Positions 18,352 to 29,404 of a DNA stretch of 64,000 bases are shown one piece after another. Origin of the DNA: Candidatus Nomurabacteria bacterium (GTDB lineage: Bacteria > Patescibacteriota > Minisyncoccia > Phycocordibacterales > UBA5272); contig JAQBRF010000004.1 in NCBI GenBank assembly GCA_028286645.1, forward strand, positions 18,830 through 82,829, read 5' to 3'. The position numbers and the translations under genes are program-made. A model generated the notes under the pieces. The model did no database searches and had not been told where the DNA came from. It saw nothing but the letters and a program-made list of their open reading frames with translations. Each line of letters starts with the position of its first letter. Position 1 is the first letter of the stretch.

Positions 18352-19521
18352 TTATCTCGTATCTTTAATCGGAAGTACATAGGAAATCCCCCACAAGATG
18401 ACTCCTCCTAATACCAGGAACATCAATTGAGGTCTATCTATTAAAAATGGAGAAATTAAAATTCCAACGGCACCTATAAATATAGTCGCAAATATTCCGG
18501 CATTATTAAATAAGGCATTAAGAGAAGAATCAGTGGACTTTATCTTTTTAAAAAAATATGTGTAAGCCATAGTCTCTACTAAGGCTGCTCCTATTCTTGA
18601 AACTACTAGTATTCCGATCCACACCCTTGGATCATTGCTGGTTATTATTACACACATAAATGCGGTTATAGCCAAGATACAAAGCCCAGTAATCATTATT
18701 TCTTTTTCGCCATATTTAGTATCAGCCAGAACTCCCACTTCATACGGAAGGAGAACAAGCGGGACGAGAGCTAAAGGCAAGATGAAACTAAGGTATGTAG
18801 TAAGCGGAATTCCTAAAGTAACCAAATAAATAGGGGAGTAAATAATCATTACCGCATAAAAAGACTGTACGATAAACATCGCAATTAAGGCGCCTTTTAG
18901 ATTAGTGTTTCTGGAGACTTGCCTAATAGCCCAAAATAAATCAACTGAATGATAAGCGGGCTCTTTAATGTGGCTTAGGTATTTATGTAGGAAATATAAA
19001 AATGGAATTAATGTAAGACTTGTTACGATATACAGAATTTCAAATGATCCTATTTTAAGAAGTGCTCCTCCGATAACGGGTGAAACCAATATCCCCATAT
19101 TTAATATAACTAAAAATAGTCCGCGAATGCTGCCGGTTTCCGCGTGGTGGCTAAAGCTTTCAACAAAAATATTCAAACATACATAAAGAAGAGATTGAAG
19201 TAGAAAATGCACAACAAAGAAAATGCCGATGAAGATGGCGCTGTTAGTCGTGGCCATGGCCAACATCGCAAGCATCTCTAAGATAACTAGTCCGAAAGTA
19301 AATGTGTATGTATGGAAGCGCTTAATATATTTAGAAAAGTAGATCGCCGCTATTAAAGCGACAATGCTTGCCAGCATGTATAACCCATTTACCCATGAAG
19401 AAGCAAAAAACTGATGAAGATATGTTGAAGTGGCATAAAGCGGAATTCCATAATGAAGCGCATAAAGAATCGTCAGCATGTAAGTGACGATAAGGAGTTT
19501 ATTGCGAACTATTGCGTGCAT
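18352..19521 (-). CDS. MFS transporter
   Basis: 389 aa, ~12 hydrophobic segments, GVLADTKYGEK loop motif. Confidence 0.85.
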   Translation of the reverse strand: MHAIVRNKLLIVTYMLTILYALHYGIPLYATSTYLHQFFASSWVNGLYMLASIVALIAAIYFSKYIKRFHTYTFTFGLVILEMLAMLAMATTNSAIFIGIFFVVHFLLQSLLYVCLNIFVESFSHHAETGSIRGLFLVILNMGILVSPVIGGALLKIGSFEILYIVTSLTLIPFLYFLHKYLSHIKEPAYHSVDLFWAIRQVSRNTNLKGALIAMFIVQSFYAVMIIYSPIYLVTLGIPLTTYLSFILPLALVPLVLLPYEVGVLADTKYGEKEIMITGLCILAITAFMCVIITSNDPRVWIGILVVSRIGAALVETMAYTYFFKKIKSTDSSLNALFNNAGIFATIFIGAVGILISPFLIDRPQLMFLVLGGVILWGISYVLPIKDTR

Positions 19522-19615
19522 AGGAACAGTTTACAGTTTCCAGTGATCAGTTTCCAGGGAAAAAGAAAACCCGCCTCACGACGAGTAATCTTTTATTACT
19601 CGCCGCCGGGCGGGG

Positions 19616-19888
19616 CTATCTGCAGGAAGGGGCATCTTGTTCCTGGAGGTAGTATTTGTACAGAGGGGATCGCCGATCGCCGACGTAATACTCTTGCACT
19701 TGATATGTTTCTGCAGCTTCACCTTTTCGCATGGGGCGGGTCACCGCCGTCAGCCCGTTGTTGCCCCTCAGCGATGCGGATACCACCTTCTGGCATGCCT
19801 CGATCTTGTACGGTTCGGGTCGCGGTTGTGCGGAAACGTCCGCGCCAAAACCCAAGGAAAGAAGCAATGCCACCGTATAGACTTTCAT
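19616..19888 (-). CDS. Small secreted hypothetical protein (solo cassette)
   Basis: Signal-like N-terminus, TAAGGAGG SD, promoter 19979-19951, terminator ~19560-19615. Confidence 0.72.
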   Translation of the reverse strand: MKVYTVALLLSLGFGADVSAQPRPEPYKIEACQKVVSASLRGNNGLTAVTRPMRKGEAAETYQVQEYYVGDRRSPLYKYYLQEQDAPSCR

Positions 19889-19941
19889 AGGACCTCCTTA
19901 AAATTGTGCGGTTGTCTCCTCCTCAAATAAGGAGAAGAAAT

Positions 19942-19979
19942 ACAAATGCCAGTATATCATATATACCAGCATTTGTCAA
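19942..19979 (-). promoter_or_regulatory. Palindromic sigma70-type promoter (TATATCATATATA family)
   Basis: TTGACA-17-TATACT within an imperfect palindrome; similar to 58192..58228 and 61626..61665. Confidence 0.75.
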
Positions 19980-20106
19980 TAAGGCCGATTCAAAAAAGCT
20001 TACTTAGATAAGTTTTTTTGTTTTACAATCTTTTACACGCCACACGCCACACGCCACATCTACACACTAATAATTACTGATCTCTTCGCGGTGATTATGG
20101 GTAAGA

Positions 20107-20904
20107 CTAATATATAAAATCTTTTATCCATTCTTTTATTTCCTCAACGGTAAATTTCTTTTCTCTATCATTTGTTTTTACTATGTATGTCTTATCCCAT
20201 TTGATGTTGGCGAGCTCTCCTTTGTAGTTTTCAATATCTACGTAACTTTCTCCTTCTACTCCATTAAGCGTTTCAATGGCATGCATGAGGCTGGGGACAG
20301 AACTGATTCCCCTGTCTTTCTTTTTTTCTTTAATAATTTCATCAGTAAGCGGTCCTCTTGGTTTCTTTTCAAAAGGTTTAAATGTAAAGCCTTGAGTCTT
20401 TATATTTGTATATGAAATTCTTATAAGTGGATTGGGCTCTCTTTTAAGATCTGATGGATGCAGAGCTTTAGTATAAAGGTACATCATTTCTTTGGCAGTT
20501 TCTTTACCAGAAAATTCACACTTATATGCTGGGAAAATCTTTCTGGTAATAAGAGATAGCTCTGGATCTTCGACTTTATATGTTTGGCTGATATCGGAAG
20601 AAACAGCAACTAATGTATCAAAGGCATATCCTTTTGATTTGAACCCAGAAATAACGACGTAGTCCTTAAGGCTTGCGATTTCTTCTTCGTGATTAAGTGC
20701 AAAGAGCAGACAGTCGCGCACCAGATTTTCATCAAAAAAATCGCGCGCAGATATCTGAAAGACAAAGCCGCCTTTGCTTAAAGCATCAGCCTTAAAAAGC
20801 TTGCTTGAAGGTTTGTAATAGAAAGCATTAGGCACATCCTTAAACGCCTCTATGTCTGCATTCGGATAAAGCGACGTAAGTTTGCTTTTTAAATTTATGC
20901 TCAT
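20107..20904 (-). CDS. Hypothetical protein
   Basis: 265-aa ORF starting 3 nt after the rnj stop. Confidence 0.75.
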   Translation of the reverse strand: MSINLKSKLTSLYPNADIEAFKDVPNAFYYKPSSKLFKADALSKGGFVFQISARDFFDENLVRDCLLFALNHEEEIASLKDYVVISGFKSKGYAFDTLVAVSSDISQTYKVEDPELSLITRKIFPAYKCEFSGKETAKEMMYLYTKALHPSDLKREPNPLIRISYTNIKTQGFTFKPFEKKPRGPLTDEIIKEKKKDRGISSVPSLMHAIETLNGVEGESYVDIENYKGELANIKWDKTYIVKTNDREKKFTVEEIKEWIKDFIY

Positions 20905-20907
20905 ATT

Positions 20908-22800
20908 TTATACCGATATTATTACCGGAATGATTACCGGCCTCTTCGCAGTCTTCTGGAGCAAGAACTTGGTAGTTGCTTCTGCAACGTCCTGCTTCAT
21001 GTCGTCTAAGTTCATGAACCCACCGCGAGCAAGCGCGTCTTCTATTACTTTCTTCGTAAGAAGGCGTGTTTGATAAAGAAGATCTTGTGATTCTTTCAGA
21101 TATACGAATCCACGAGATATAAGATCAGGGGACTTCTTCAAGGTGTGGGTATGGCTGTCGATCACGCCGATTACGACGAACATGCCGTCTTCTGCGAGTG
21201 TTTGACGATCGCGCATCACGACATCCTGGATCTTTCCAACAGAAGTTCCGTCCACCACGATCATTTCTCCGGGAGCTTTTTCCTTCATGGAGTGAATTGA
21301 AGTTCCTTCATTTCTGATTTCAATAATCATTCCATTATCTGGAATAACGATATTTTCTTCCGGCATACCAAGCTTTCTTTCTAGATCAGCATGCACTCGA
21401 AGCATGTAATGATATCCGTGTACAGGAATGAAGAACTTAGGATGGATCTTTCTGTGGATCCATAGAAGCTCATCGGCATTGGCATGTCCAGATGAATGGA
21501 CGTCTGATGTTTTGTAATGAATCAAGTGTGCTCCTTGGCGAGAAAGTTTATCTTTCAAGTTTTGCACAGCTCTTTCATTTCCGGGAACAATGGATGATGA
21601 CATCAAAATAGTATCGCGCGGAGTAAGACGAATGAATTTATGGGTTTTATTTGCTATTCTTCCTAAAGCCGCAAATTCTTCTCCTTGTGCTCCAGTTGCC
21701 AATATAACTATTTTATTTTCTGGGTATCTTCCCATTTCATCTAAAGTAATTAATGTTTCAGGCTTGATGGTAAGCATGTTGGCAAGTTTGGTCACTTCGA
21801 TATTTGTCTTCATGCTTCGTCCTTCTACTACCACTTTCTTTCCATGGCGTTCAGCTGTTTGTAGCATGTATATCATTCGTTCTACCTGGCTTGCGAAAGT
21901 ACTCACTATTAATCTACCTGGCGTATCTTTAATAACATTGTCGATGTTTTTGAATACAACTCTGTCAGAAATAGAAAATCCAGGGTTCTCACAGTTGGTC
22001 GAGTCTGTCATCAATAATAGAGTCTTTCTATCCTCAAATATCTTATATCTTTCTTTTTCCTCTGGTGTCGGATCTCCATCATCATGATCTAATCGAAGAT
22101 CTCCTGTGTGAACAATGTCTCCATAAGGAGTTTCTACGATGATGCCCATTGAGTCGGGGATAGCGTGAGACACTCCGAAGAATCTAACTTTTAAATCTCC
22201 AAATGTAACGGTATCTCCTTTCTCAACTACATTAATAGTAATCGGGGGAAGATGGGGAAATTCCTCCTGTCTCTTCTTTATCATTAAAGAGGTATACAAG
22301 CGGGAATAAATTTGCGGATTACCAATGCGTGGCAAAAGATAAGGAATAGCTCCAATGTGATCCAAGTGTCCATGAGTAACAACCACACCTTTAATTTTGT
22401 GCTTATGCTCTTCTAAGTATTTAGTGTTTGGCAGAATGAAATCAATTCCAGGAGTGTGAGACTCCGTAAATTGAACTCCGCAGTCTATGATGACAATAGA
22501 ATCTTTGTATTCAACAAGACTCATGTTTCGTCCCACCTCTTCTACACCTCCTAAATGAATTATGCGGATATCTCCATCTTGTAGTGGGGGAATATGATCT
22601 GTTTCTCTTTTGGTTGATACGGTTGTATCAAACTTAGGGCCTACCATTGATCGAGGAGGCCTGTTATTTCGACGAGGTCCCATTCTAGGTCTTTCGGGCG
22701 CGCGCCTATAAGGAGACGCGCTTGGCGAACTAGGAGAGCTGGTGGGTATTTCTACCACTTCGCTTTCATTTGTATTGTTTGTGTTATTTGTTGTGTCCAT
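20908..22800 (-). CDS. rnj: Ribonuclease J
   Basis: LGGVEEVGRN, THGHLDHIG, HTGDLR, DSTN, HSSGHA, PVHG. Confidence 0.96.
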   Translation of the reverse strand: MDTTNNTNNTNESEVVEIPTSSPSSPSASPYRRAPERPRMGPRRNNRPPRSMVGPKFDTTVSTKRETDHIPPLQDGDIRIIHLGGVEEVGRNMSLVEYKDSIVIIDCGVQFTESHTPGIDFILPNTKYLEEHKHKIKGVVVTHGHLDHIGAIPYLLPRIGNPQIYSRLYTSLMIKKRQEEFPHLPPITINVVEKGDTVTFGDLKVRFFGVSHAIPDSMGIIVETPYGDIVHTGDLRLDHDDGDPTPEEKERYKIFEDRKTLLLMTDSTNCENPGFSISDRVVFKNIDNVIKDTPGRLIVSTFASQVERMIYMLQTAERHGKKVVVEGRSMKTNIEVTKLANMLTIKPETLITLDEMGRYPENKIVILATGAQGEEFAALGRIANKTHKFIRLTPRDTILMSSSIVPGNERAVQNLKDKLSRQGAHLIHYKTSDVHSSGHANADELLWIHRKIHPKFFIPVHGYHYMLRVHADLERKLGMPEENIVIPDNGMIIEIRNEGTSIHSMKEKAPGEMIVVDGTSVGKIQDVVMRDRQTLAEDGMFVVIGVIDSHTHTLKKSPDLISRGFVYLKESQDLLYQTRLLTKKVIEDALARGGFMNLDDMKQDVAEATTKFLLQKTAKRPVIIPVIISV

Positions 22801-22831
22801 AATTTTTTAATTAATTTTTAATATTGAAATT

Positions 22832-24550
22832 TTAGTGAATAATATTTTCGATCTTTTCTATTACATCTTTATAATATGTTTTGGGCCATATGCGATCCGT
22901 ATACTTATACCAGCTTTCTGCTAAAAGGAATCGGGCAGAAGAATCTAAACTGTATATTGGGATCTGGCCTCGTATATTGTCATTAGTTATATAAGTAAGT
23001 GAGGGGGCGAATAAGAAGATGCCTGGAACTTCTTCCGCGAACTCTTTTTTTATTTCTTCGTAAGCGATTTGTCTAGCAGATGCGTCATCGCTTGATCTTA
23101 CTATTTCTAAGTTTGCATCTAGATTCTTGCTTACATAATTAGAAATATTCAATCCAGGATAATTTCTTTGAGACGAATGCCAAAATGCATATAAATCTCC
23201 CGGGTCTTCTGTAATGAATCCAAAGAGTAGCACCTCAAAGTTTCTCTCTTTTATAATAGACTGATTCAAGTCTGCCACTTCGTATACTTGTATATTCGTA
23301 TCTACTCCGATTTTTGCCCAGTCAGCTTTTATCATTTCGGCTACACTTTTCATCTCATCGGTGTTCGCGGTCGTAAGAGTTATAGAAAGGGTAGTAGAGC
23401 CATTAGAGGACGGAGCACTCTTTTCCAAAAGACTTTTTGCTTGTTCTACATCATACACTGATTCTATCTGATTGTCATCAAATGGGAACGGACCGTTAAT
23501 TACCTTTCCGTATTTGTGAAGCACTTTATCAACCAGGGCTTGTTTATCTATTGCCATTTGCAAAGCGGCGCGCACATTTTTATCTGAAAGAATCGTAGTC
23601 TTATTCGGATTAAAAAATACTGAGAAAGTTCGTGGAAGCAAAGATGTGTGGATGTTTGAAGGGTTTATATTTAAGCTATCAATCTTATCAACTGCAATGT
23701 TATGTATGCGATCTATTTTTCTGTTTTGGAAAGCCTGAAGAAGATACTTTTCACTTTGGAAAGTTGCTATTGTTATGGTGTCTATATATGGACGTCCTAA
23801 AGTATAACCTTCGTGAGCAATAAGAGTAAACGTATCAGGAATGCCTGATATAGATGTAACACTTTTTATTTTATATGGGCCTGACCCTATGGCGTGAATG
23901 TTGTAATCGCTTAGGCTTATTTGTTCATCTGTTAAATTTTTCCAAATATGCTTAGGTAGTATTCCCACACTAAGCACATCCATAAATAATGGGTACGGCT
24001 TTTTTAAATTAAAGACCACTTCCTTATCTCCCTTTTTTTCTATAGTTATTCCTTCCCACTTTATGCTAAGAGGACTTTTTAATGCAGGATTTTGAATGAG
24101 GCCGACAGTATAAATAATGTCATCAGCCGTAACTGCAACACCATCATGGAACGTGGCTTTATCTTTTATTAACACATCGTAGCTTAATCCATCGTCACTC
24201 TTATTAATAGACTGTGCCATATCAAGAATGATATTTCCCGCCGCATCCTTTTTAGTAAGCCCTGCAAACACAAGAGATGTTAAATCCTTATCTTGATCGG
24301 TCGTCGAAAATATCGGATTAATAAATCTTGGGGTGCCTATTATGCCTTCTCGTACTTCTCCGCCATAACCTGGCTTTGAAATAAGGAATCTATTATTCAC
24401 CACAACCAGAGCGGAAAATAATAAGATTAAAGACAAACTAAGCAAGCCCCAAAACATCAAAACCCTCTCAGGAGACAAAGAAGAATACAAAGCTTTTATA
24501 TGAGCTCTCCATTTATAATGTGCTCTAGAATTGTTATGTGTGTTGTCCAT
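22832..24550 (-). CDS. Peptide ABC transporter substrate-binding protein (family 5)
   Basis: N-terminal TM, TFHDGVAVTADDIIYT, IGSGPY, VRAALQMAIDK. Confidence 0.9.
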   Translation of the reverse strand: MDNTHNNSRAHYKWRAHIKALYSSLSPERVLMFWGLLSLSLILLFSALVVVNNRFLISKPGYGGEVREGIIGTPRFINPIFSTTDQDKDLTSLVFAGLTKKDAAGNIILDMAQSINKSDDGLSYDVLIKDKATFHDGVAVTADDIIYTVGLIQNPALKSPLSIKWEGITIEKKGDKEVVFNLKKPYPLFMDVLSVGILPKHIWKNLTDEQISLSDYNIHAIGSGPYKIKSVTSISGIPDTFTLIAHEGYTLGRPYIDTITIATFQSEKYLLQAFQNRKIDRIHNIAVDKIDSLNINPSNIHTSLLPRTFSVFFNPNKTTILSDKNVRAALQMAIDKQALVDKVLHKYGKVINGPFPFDDNQIESVYDVEQAKSLLEKSAPSSNGSTTLSITLTTANTDEMKSVAEMIKADWAKIGVDTNIQVYEVADLNQSIIKERNFEVLLFGFITEDPGDLYAFWHSSQRNYPGLNISNYVSKNLDANLEIVRSSDDASARQIAYEEIKKEFAEEVPGIFLFAPSLTYITNDNIRGQIPIYSLDSSARFLLAESWYKYTDRIWPKTYYKDVIEKIENIIH

Positions 24551-24573
24551 ACTATAGGACTACCTATCGGTGT

Positions 24574-24798
24574 TTAATGTGAAAGAAGAGGATATGCAAG
24601 CAATAGTACAAATACCACCGCCACTATAATAGTAAAGCGATGTATTGACCTTTCGGCTCCGCGTTTTTCAAATGTCGCCCCGCTCCCTCCATCAGCTCCT
24701 AAGGCACCCGAAGCGTCCGTGTTAGCACGCTGTACCAATATAAGGATTATTAGGAGGATAGCTAGAGCTAATTGCACAATAGATAGCATTGAAACCAT
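24574..24798 (-). CDS. secG: Preprotein translocase subunit SecG
   Basis: Two TM helices, LILVQ...GALG...KRGAER pattern. Confidence 0.85.
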   Translation of the reverse strand: MVSMLSIVQLALAILLIILILVQRANTDASGALGADGGSGATFEKRGAERSIHRFTIIVAVVFVLLLAYPLLSH

Positions 24799-24880
24799 GG
24801 GTATATAGTATCAAAAAGGGGTTAAAAAGTAAATATGAGAGGAAATGTACGTCCAAGATTTACTTAGAGTCCTTACAGGA

Positions 24881-25508
24881 CTAGCTAATATTAAGCTTCT
24901 TAAGAGCTTGAAAGAATCCTTCATTGCTTTTAAACAAAACGGCTTTCATTCCGAGCTTCTCTGCAGCATAGATGTTTTCCAGTTTGTCATCTACAAATAA
25001 TGATTCTTGGTTTCACGTTAAGGAGGCCAAGTATTAAGGTGTATGATTTTGCATCAGGCTTTTTTAGATGATCGTCACATGAAATTTCTAAAGCATTGAA
25101 ATTATCATAATACTTCTTGGGCACAAGAACATCTTTAGACAAATGAAATTGAGTAGATAAGATTCCAATTTTATATCTACGCTTCTTTAATTCTAAAACT
25201 TTTTCGTATAAAGCTATGTTTTCAATTATATTTTCAGAATAAACTCTGTGGAACATTTGCTCTAACTCTTTTGGTTTAATATTTAAAATATCTGACATCT
25301 CTTTTAATGTTTCTTTTTTAGTGACGGCACCTATCGTTGACTCCTTATAAATATTTATTAGTTGTTCTTTTGTTTCTGGACTGGTTTTAAGAAAACTGTC
25401 AAGTAAGATCAATGCTTCTTTAAATGAATCTAAAAGATGCCTCTCTTTTCTGTTGTCTTTTGGTAAAAGCAAAACTCCGCCGATATCAAGGATGATTGCT
25501 TTTATCAT
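24881..25508 (-). pseudogene. HAD phosphatase with a frameshift near 25008
   Basis: IILDIGGVL and KKPD in the first frame; ESLFVDDKLENIYAAEKLGMKAV continues in another frame to TAG at 24881. Confidence 0.8.
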
Positions 25509-25542
25509 AATATGTAAAGTATACCAAGTTTTAATTTATTCC

Positions 25543-28500
25543 TTACTTCAACTCTTTTATCTCATCTATTACAATTGTCTTCTCGCCATTTCTTGTTGAA
25601 ACTTTTCCGCGCACAACAAGGGGGCAATCCATAATTATTTTTTTCTTAAAGTTTTTATAAGTTTCTGGAAATACTGCTACTTCAATGCATCCGGAGTAGT
25701 CGCGTAATTTGAGCAAAGCCATCTGATCTCCCTTTTTAGTATTCGTTGTTTTTATATTTTCTATAATCACTGCGATTGAAACTTCTTTTCGATCAGGAAT
25801 AGAATGATGTATTTTATCAATGTCTATTCCGCGAGCTATAATTTTTTCTTTCCATGGATCTAGTGGGAAGCCCGAAACGAAAAGTCCTAATAAATCTTTT
25901 TCCCATTTTAATTTCTGCTCATTACTTACCGGAGGGGCAGGCTTCATGTTAAAAGAAGAAGCTCCGTCAAATGCAAATAAGCTGTCCTGCATAATATTAT
26001 CTTTCACTACATGCTTATGGAATTCCAAGATGCTTTCCATGTTGGCAAGTATCTGTCCGCGTTCTGCGAATTCATCTAATGCTCCGCACATAGTGAGAGC
26101 TTCTAATGATTTTTTATTTAAATTCTTATGGGTGACTCGGCGTATAAAGTCTTCGAATGATTTGTATGGGCCGCTTTTTACTCTTTCTTCCATTATAGCG
26201 TCTCCAATATCTACTCCTAAGTTTTTAATAGTGTGAAGTCCAAATCTTATTTCTTCCGTACCTTCATCATTTTTAACAATGCTAAATCCACCCTCGCTTT
26301 TATTTATATTCGGTGGAAGAACTGTAATATTCATTCTTTTACATTCAGAAACAATTTCGGCGATCTTTTCTGTGTCTCCGCTTTCGTTACTCATGATAGA
26401 AGTCATGTAGGCAACAGGGAAGTTTGCTTTCATATATGCCGTTTGATACGCTACTCGTCCATAACTTGCAGCATGGGCTTTGTTAAATCCGTAAGCAGCA
26501 AAAGGCTCGATCAGCCTCCAGAGTTCCTGGGCCTTTTTAGTCGAAAGTCCGTGCTCGACGAATCCTGCCAAAAGCTTTTCTTTCTGATCTTGCATTTCTG
26601 CAGGGATTTTCTTTCCCATGGCTTTTCTTAGCTTATCTGCTTCAAGCCACGAATATCCTGCCAAGTGAATGGCGATAAGCATCACGTCATCTTGGTACAC
26701 GATTACTCCGAAAGATTGATCAAGGATTGGTTCAAGTCTTGGATCAACGAAACTTATTAACTTAGGATCATGTTTTCTTGCGATGTATTCCGGAATCATT
26801 TCAAGAGGTCCGGGACGATAAAGTGCGACCATGGCATTAATATCAAAAATTGTAGTTGGCTTTAATTCCTTTAAAAACTTTGTCATGCCAGAACCATTTA
26901 ATTGGAATAACCCCATCGTTTCTCCTCGCGAAAGCATTTCAAAAGTTTTTTTATCATCAAGCGGAATTTCTTCGATATCAATATCTATATTGTATTTATC
27001 TTTTGCTATTTTAATCGCGTCTCCTAAAATTGTAAGATTTCTAATTCCGAGGAAGTCAAATTTAAGAAGCCCCGCATCTTCAATGTTATACATATCATAC
27101 TGTGTGATAATTTTTCCTCCTTTGGGATCTTTTTGAATCGGAGTCCATTCCCAAAGTGCAGCAGGGGAGATAACAGTGCCGGCTGCGTGTACAGAAATAT
27201 GCCTGGCACATCCTTCCACCTTTTGTGCCATGTCTAATATTATCTGAGCCTCTCGATCGTTGTCGTACATTTCTTTAAGTTCGGGAACTTCATTTAATGC
27301 TCCGGCAATTGTTACAGGGAAGCCTTGCTTCGGCATAGGTATGAGCTTACTTATCCGGTCTCCCACCATGTATGGGAATTTCATCGCGCGTGCAACGTCG
27401 CGAACCGCACCGCGCGCCATCATAGTACCGAATGTTCCTATTTGGGCCACATTATCCATTCCGTATTTGCTTCTTACATAATCAATAACCTCGTCTCGCC
27501 TAGTATCTGAAAAGTCCATGTCTATGTCTGGTGCCGATGGGCGTTCTGGATTTAAGAATCTTTCAAACGGGAGTTTATAAGCTAGCGGGTCGCATTTGGT
27601 AATACGAAGAAGATAAGTTGTAAGAGACCCTGCAACAGACCCTCGAATATTTGTAAGAATACCATGATCTCGGGCGTATCTAAGCAGATCATATACTACT
27701 AAAAAGTATGGCGAATATCCTTTATCGGCGATGACTTTTAATTCATAGTCGAGTCTGGTTTTTACTTCATCTGTTAATTCCATGCAGCGAACTTCCAAGC
27801 CGCCATATGCAAGAGCACGCACGTCTTCGTTATATGTTTTCTTTGTGGTGATGTTTGGAAATACCCACGAACCAAGCGGGATTTCCAAATTAACCATTTC
27901 TGCAATTTTATTAGTATTTTCTATGGCTTCAGGAATATCAGAAAATTGTTTACTTGCAGCATCATGGCTTATAAATGCATAAGATTCTTTGTTAAACATA
28001 TGTGCATACTCTTCTTCCGAAGTGGAAGTTCCTTGGATTAAGAAAAGTGTTTTATGCGCACTTATATCCTGATCACTTAAATAATGTGTATTCCATGTAG
28101 CGACAAGGGGAGTGCCGGTGGCGTGCGCGAGTTCGATTGTTTTCCTCCTCATATTGTCCGCATGCTCCATATTTCTTTGAGGATTCAGTTCAAGGTAAAA
28201 GTCATTACCAAAATTTTTCTTATAAAAATCTAATCTATCCTCAGCCTCCTTTGTGTTCTTTATAAGAACATTACTGATGTCTCCCCACATGCCGCCGGAT
28301 AAAACAATGAGGCCTTCCTTATGTGCTAATAGGACCTCATCTTTTAAAATTGGATGAAGAGGGTTGTCTATGTTTACTAATGATGTAATTCTCATTAAGT
28401 TTTTGTAACCCATCATATCTTTTGCTATAAGTACGATTTGGAATGTTCTTTCTTTGTATAAGATAGAAAACTCTACCCCTATAATCGGCTTTATGTTTTT

Positions 28501-28665
28501 CTTTTTACAAGCCTTAAAGAATTCAATGGTCCCATACATATTATTGTAGTCCGTAATAGCCAGAGAATTCATGTCCAAATCTTTTGCTTTTTGTACAAGG
28601 GCATCTATCTTCGGAAGTGATTTTAATAGGGAATAATGAGTATGGTTACGGAGGTGGGTTAACAT
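25543..28665 (-). CDS. dnaE: DNA polymerase III alpha subunit
   Basis: PHP domain HTHYSLL, RGSVAGSL, FERFLNPER..PDIDMD, KFDFLG, YGFNKAHA, OB fold. Confidence 0.98.
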   Translation of the reverse strand: MLTHLRNHTHYSLLKSLPKIDALVQKAKDLDMNSLAITDYNNMYGTIEFFKACKKKNIKPIIGVEFSILYKERTFQIVLIAKDMMGYKNLMRITSLVNIDNPLHPILKDEVLLAHKEGLIVLSGGMWGDISNVLIKNTKEAEDRLDFYKKNFGNDFYLELNPQRNMEHADNMRRKTIELAHATGTPLVATWNTHYLSDQDISAHKTLFLIQGTSTSEEEYAHMFNKESYAFISHDAASKQFSDIPEAIENTNKIAEMVNLEIPLGSWVFPNITTKKTYNEDVRALAYGGLEVRCMELTDEVKTRLDYELKVIADKGYSPYFLVVYDLLRYARDHGILTNIRGSVAGSLTTYLLRITKCDPLAYKLPFERFLNPERPSAPDIDMDFSDTRRDEVIDYVRSKYGMDNVAQIGTFGTMMARGAVRDVARAMKFPYMVGDRISKLIPMPKQGFPVTIAGALNEVPELKEMYDNDREAQIILDMAQKVEGCARHISVHAAGTVISPAALWEWTPIQKDPKGGKIITQYDMYNIEDAGLLKFDFLGIRNLTILGDAIKIAKDKYNIDIDIEEIPLDDKKTFEMLSRGETMGLFQLNGSGMTKFLKELKPTTIFDINAMVALYRPGPLEMIPEYIARKHDPKLISFVDPRLEPILDQSFGVIVYQDDVMLIAIHLAGYSWLEADKLRKAMGKKIPAEMQDQKEKLLAGFVEHGLSTKKAQELWRLIEPFAAYGFNKAHAASYGRVAYQTAYMKANFPVAYMTSIMSNESGDTEKIAEIVSECKRMNITVLPPNINKSEGGFSIVKNDEGTEEIRFGLHTIKNLGVDIGDAIMEERVKSGPYKSFEDFIRRVTHKNLNKKSLEALTMCGALDEFAERGQILANMESILEFHKHVVKDNIMQDSLFAFDGASSFNMKPAPPVSNEQKLKWEKDLLGLFVSGFPLDPWKEKIIARGIDIDKIHHSIPDRKEVSIAVIIENIKTTNTKKGDQMALLKLRDYSGCIEVAVFPETYKNFKKKIIMDCPLVVRGKVSTRNGEKTIVIDEIKELK

Positions 28666-28765
28666 TGGTAAATTTTAACATATTAATCCCTATGTATTAT
28701 TAATCGTTAAAATAGAGGAATAGGTTGATTTCTATGATTGCCAACATTATTGTAAACTCTTAATA

Positions 28766-29404
28766 ATGAAAAAACTTGCCTTTAGTAGAGAGCTTAAAAA
28801 AATAGGAGTGATCGGAGTAGATGAAGTAGGAAGAGGGCCGCTTGCGGGACCTGTTACAGTATGCGCCACATATTTAATGGATCCATTATTAGTAAAAAAA
28901 GATCTTTTTCTTGATACCGTTAGAGATTCTAAAAAGATTAATAAAGCTTTACGCAATAGCATATATCAAACTATTAGAAATAAACGAACAAATATTTACC
29001 TAGTAAAATATGCTATAAAATCTAAAAGTGCTTCTTACATTGATACTCACGGAATTAGTAAAGCTATCCGGAATTGTGTCAAAGAGGTTATTTTAGATTT
29101 AAAGAAACAAGGAGTACCTGTATATAGCATTAAAGTTAACTTAGATGCGGGTTTAAAAGTGGCAATAGAAGGAGTAGTTGAAGAGAGCTATATAAAAGGT
29201 GATGAGAGGTATGTAGAGATAGCTCTTGCTTCTATAATTGCTAAGGAGTATAGAGATTCTTATATGAAAAGAATTGCTAAGGAGCATAGTAATTACTCTT
29301 GGGAAAGAAATGTAGGATATGGAACAAAAGAGCATAGAGAAGCGATTACAAAGTTTGGACCCTGCAAACATCATAGAAACAGTTTCCTAAAGGCATTTAA
29401 ATAG
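28766..29404 (+). CDS. rnhB: Ribonuclease HII
   Basis: GVDEVGRGPLAGPV, DSKK, KGD, ASIIAK, GYGT..H. Confidence 0.95.
   Translation: MKKLAFSRELKKIGVIGVDEVGRGPLAGPVTVCATYLMDPLLVKKDLFLDTVRDSKKINKALRNSIYQTIRNKRTNIYLVKYAIKSKSASYIDTHGISKAIRNCVKEVILDLKKQGVPVYSIKVNLDAGLKVAIEGVVEESYIKGDERYVEIALASIIAKEYRDSYMKRIAKEHSNYSWERNVGYGTKEHREAITKFGPCKHHRNSFLKAFK

Noticed and set aside
20107-20904. Toxin-immunity protein assignment
   Set aside because: Only a vague impression; no recognisable motif and no adjacent toxin gene
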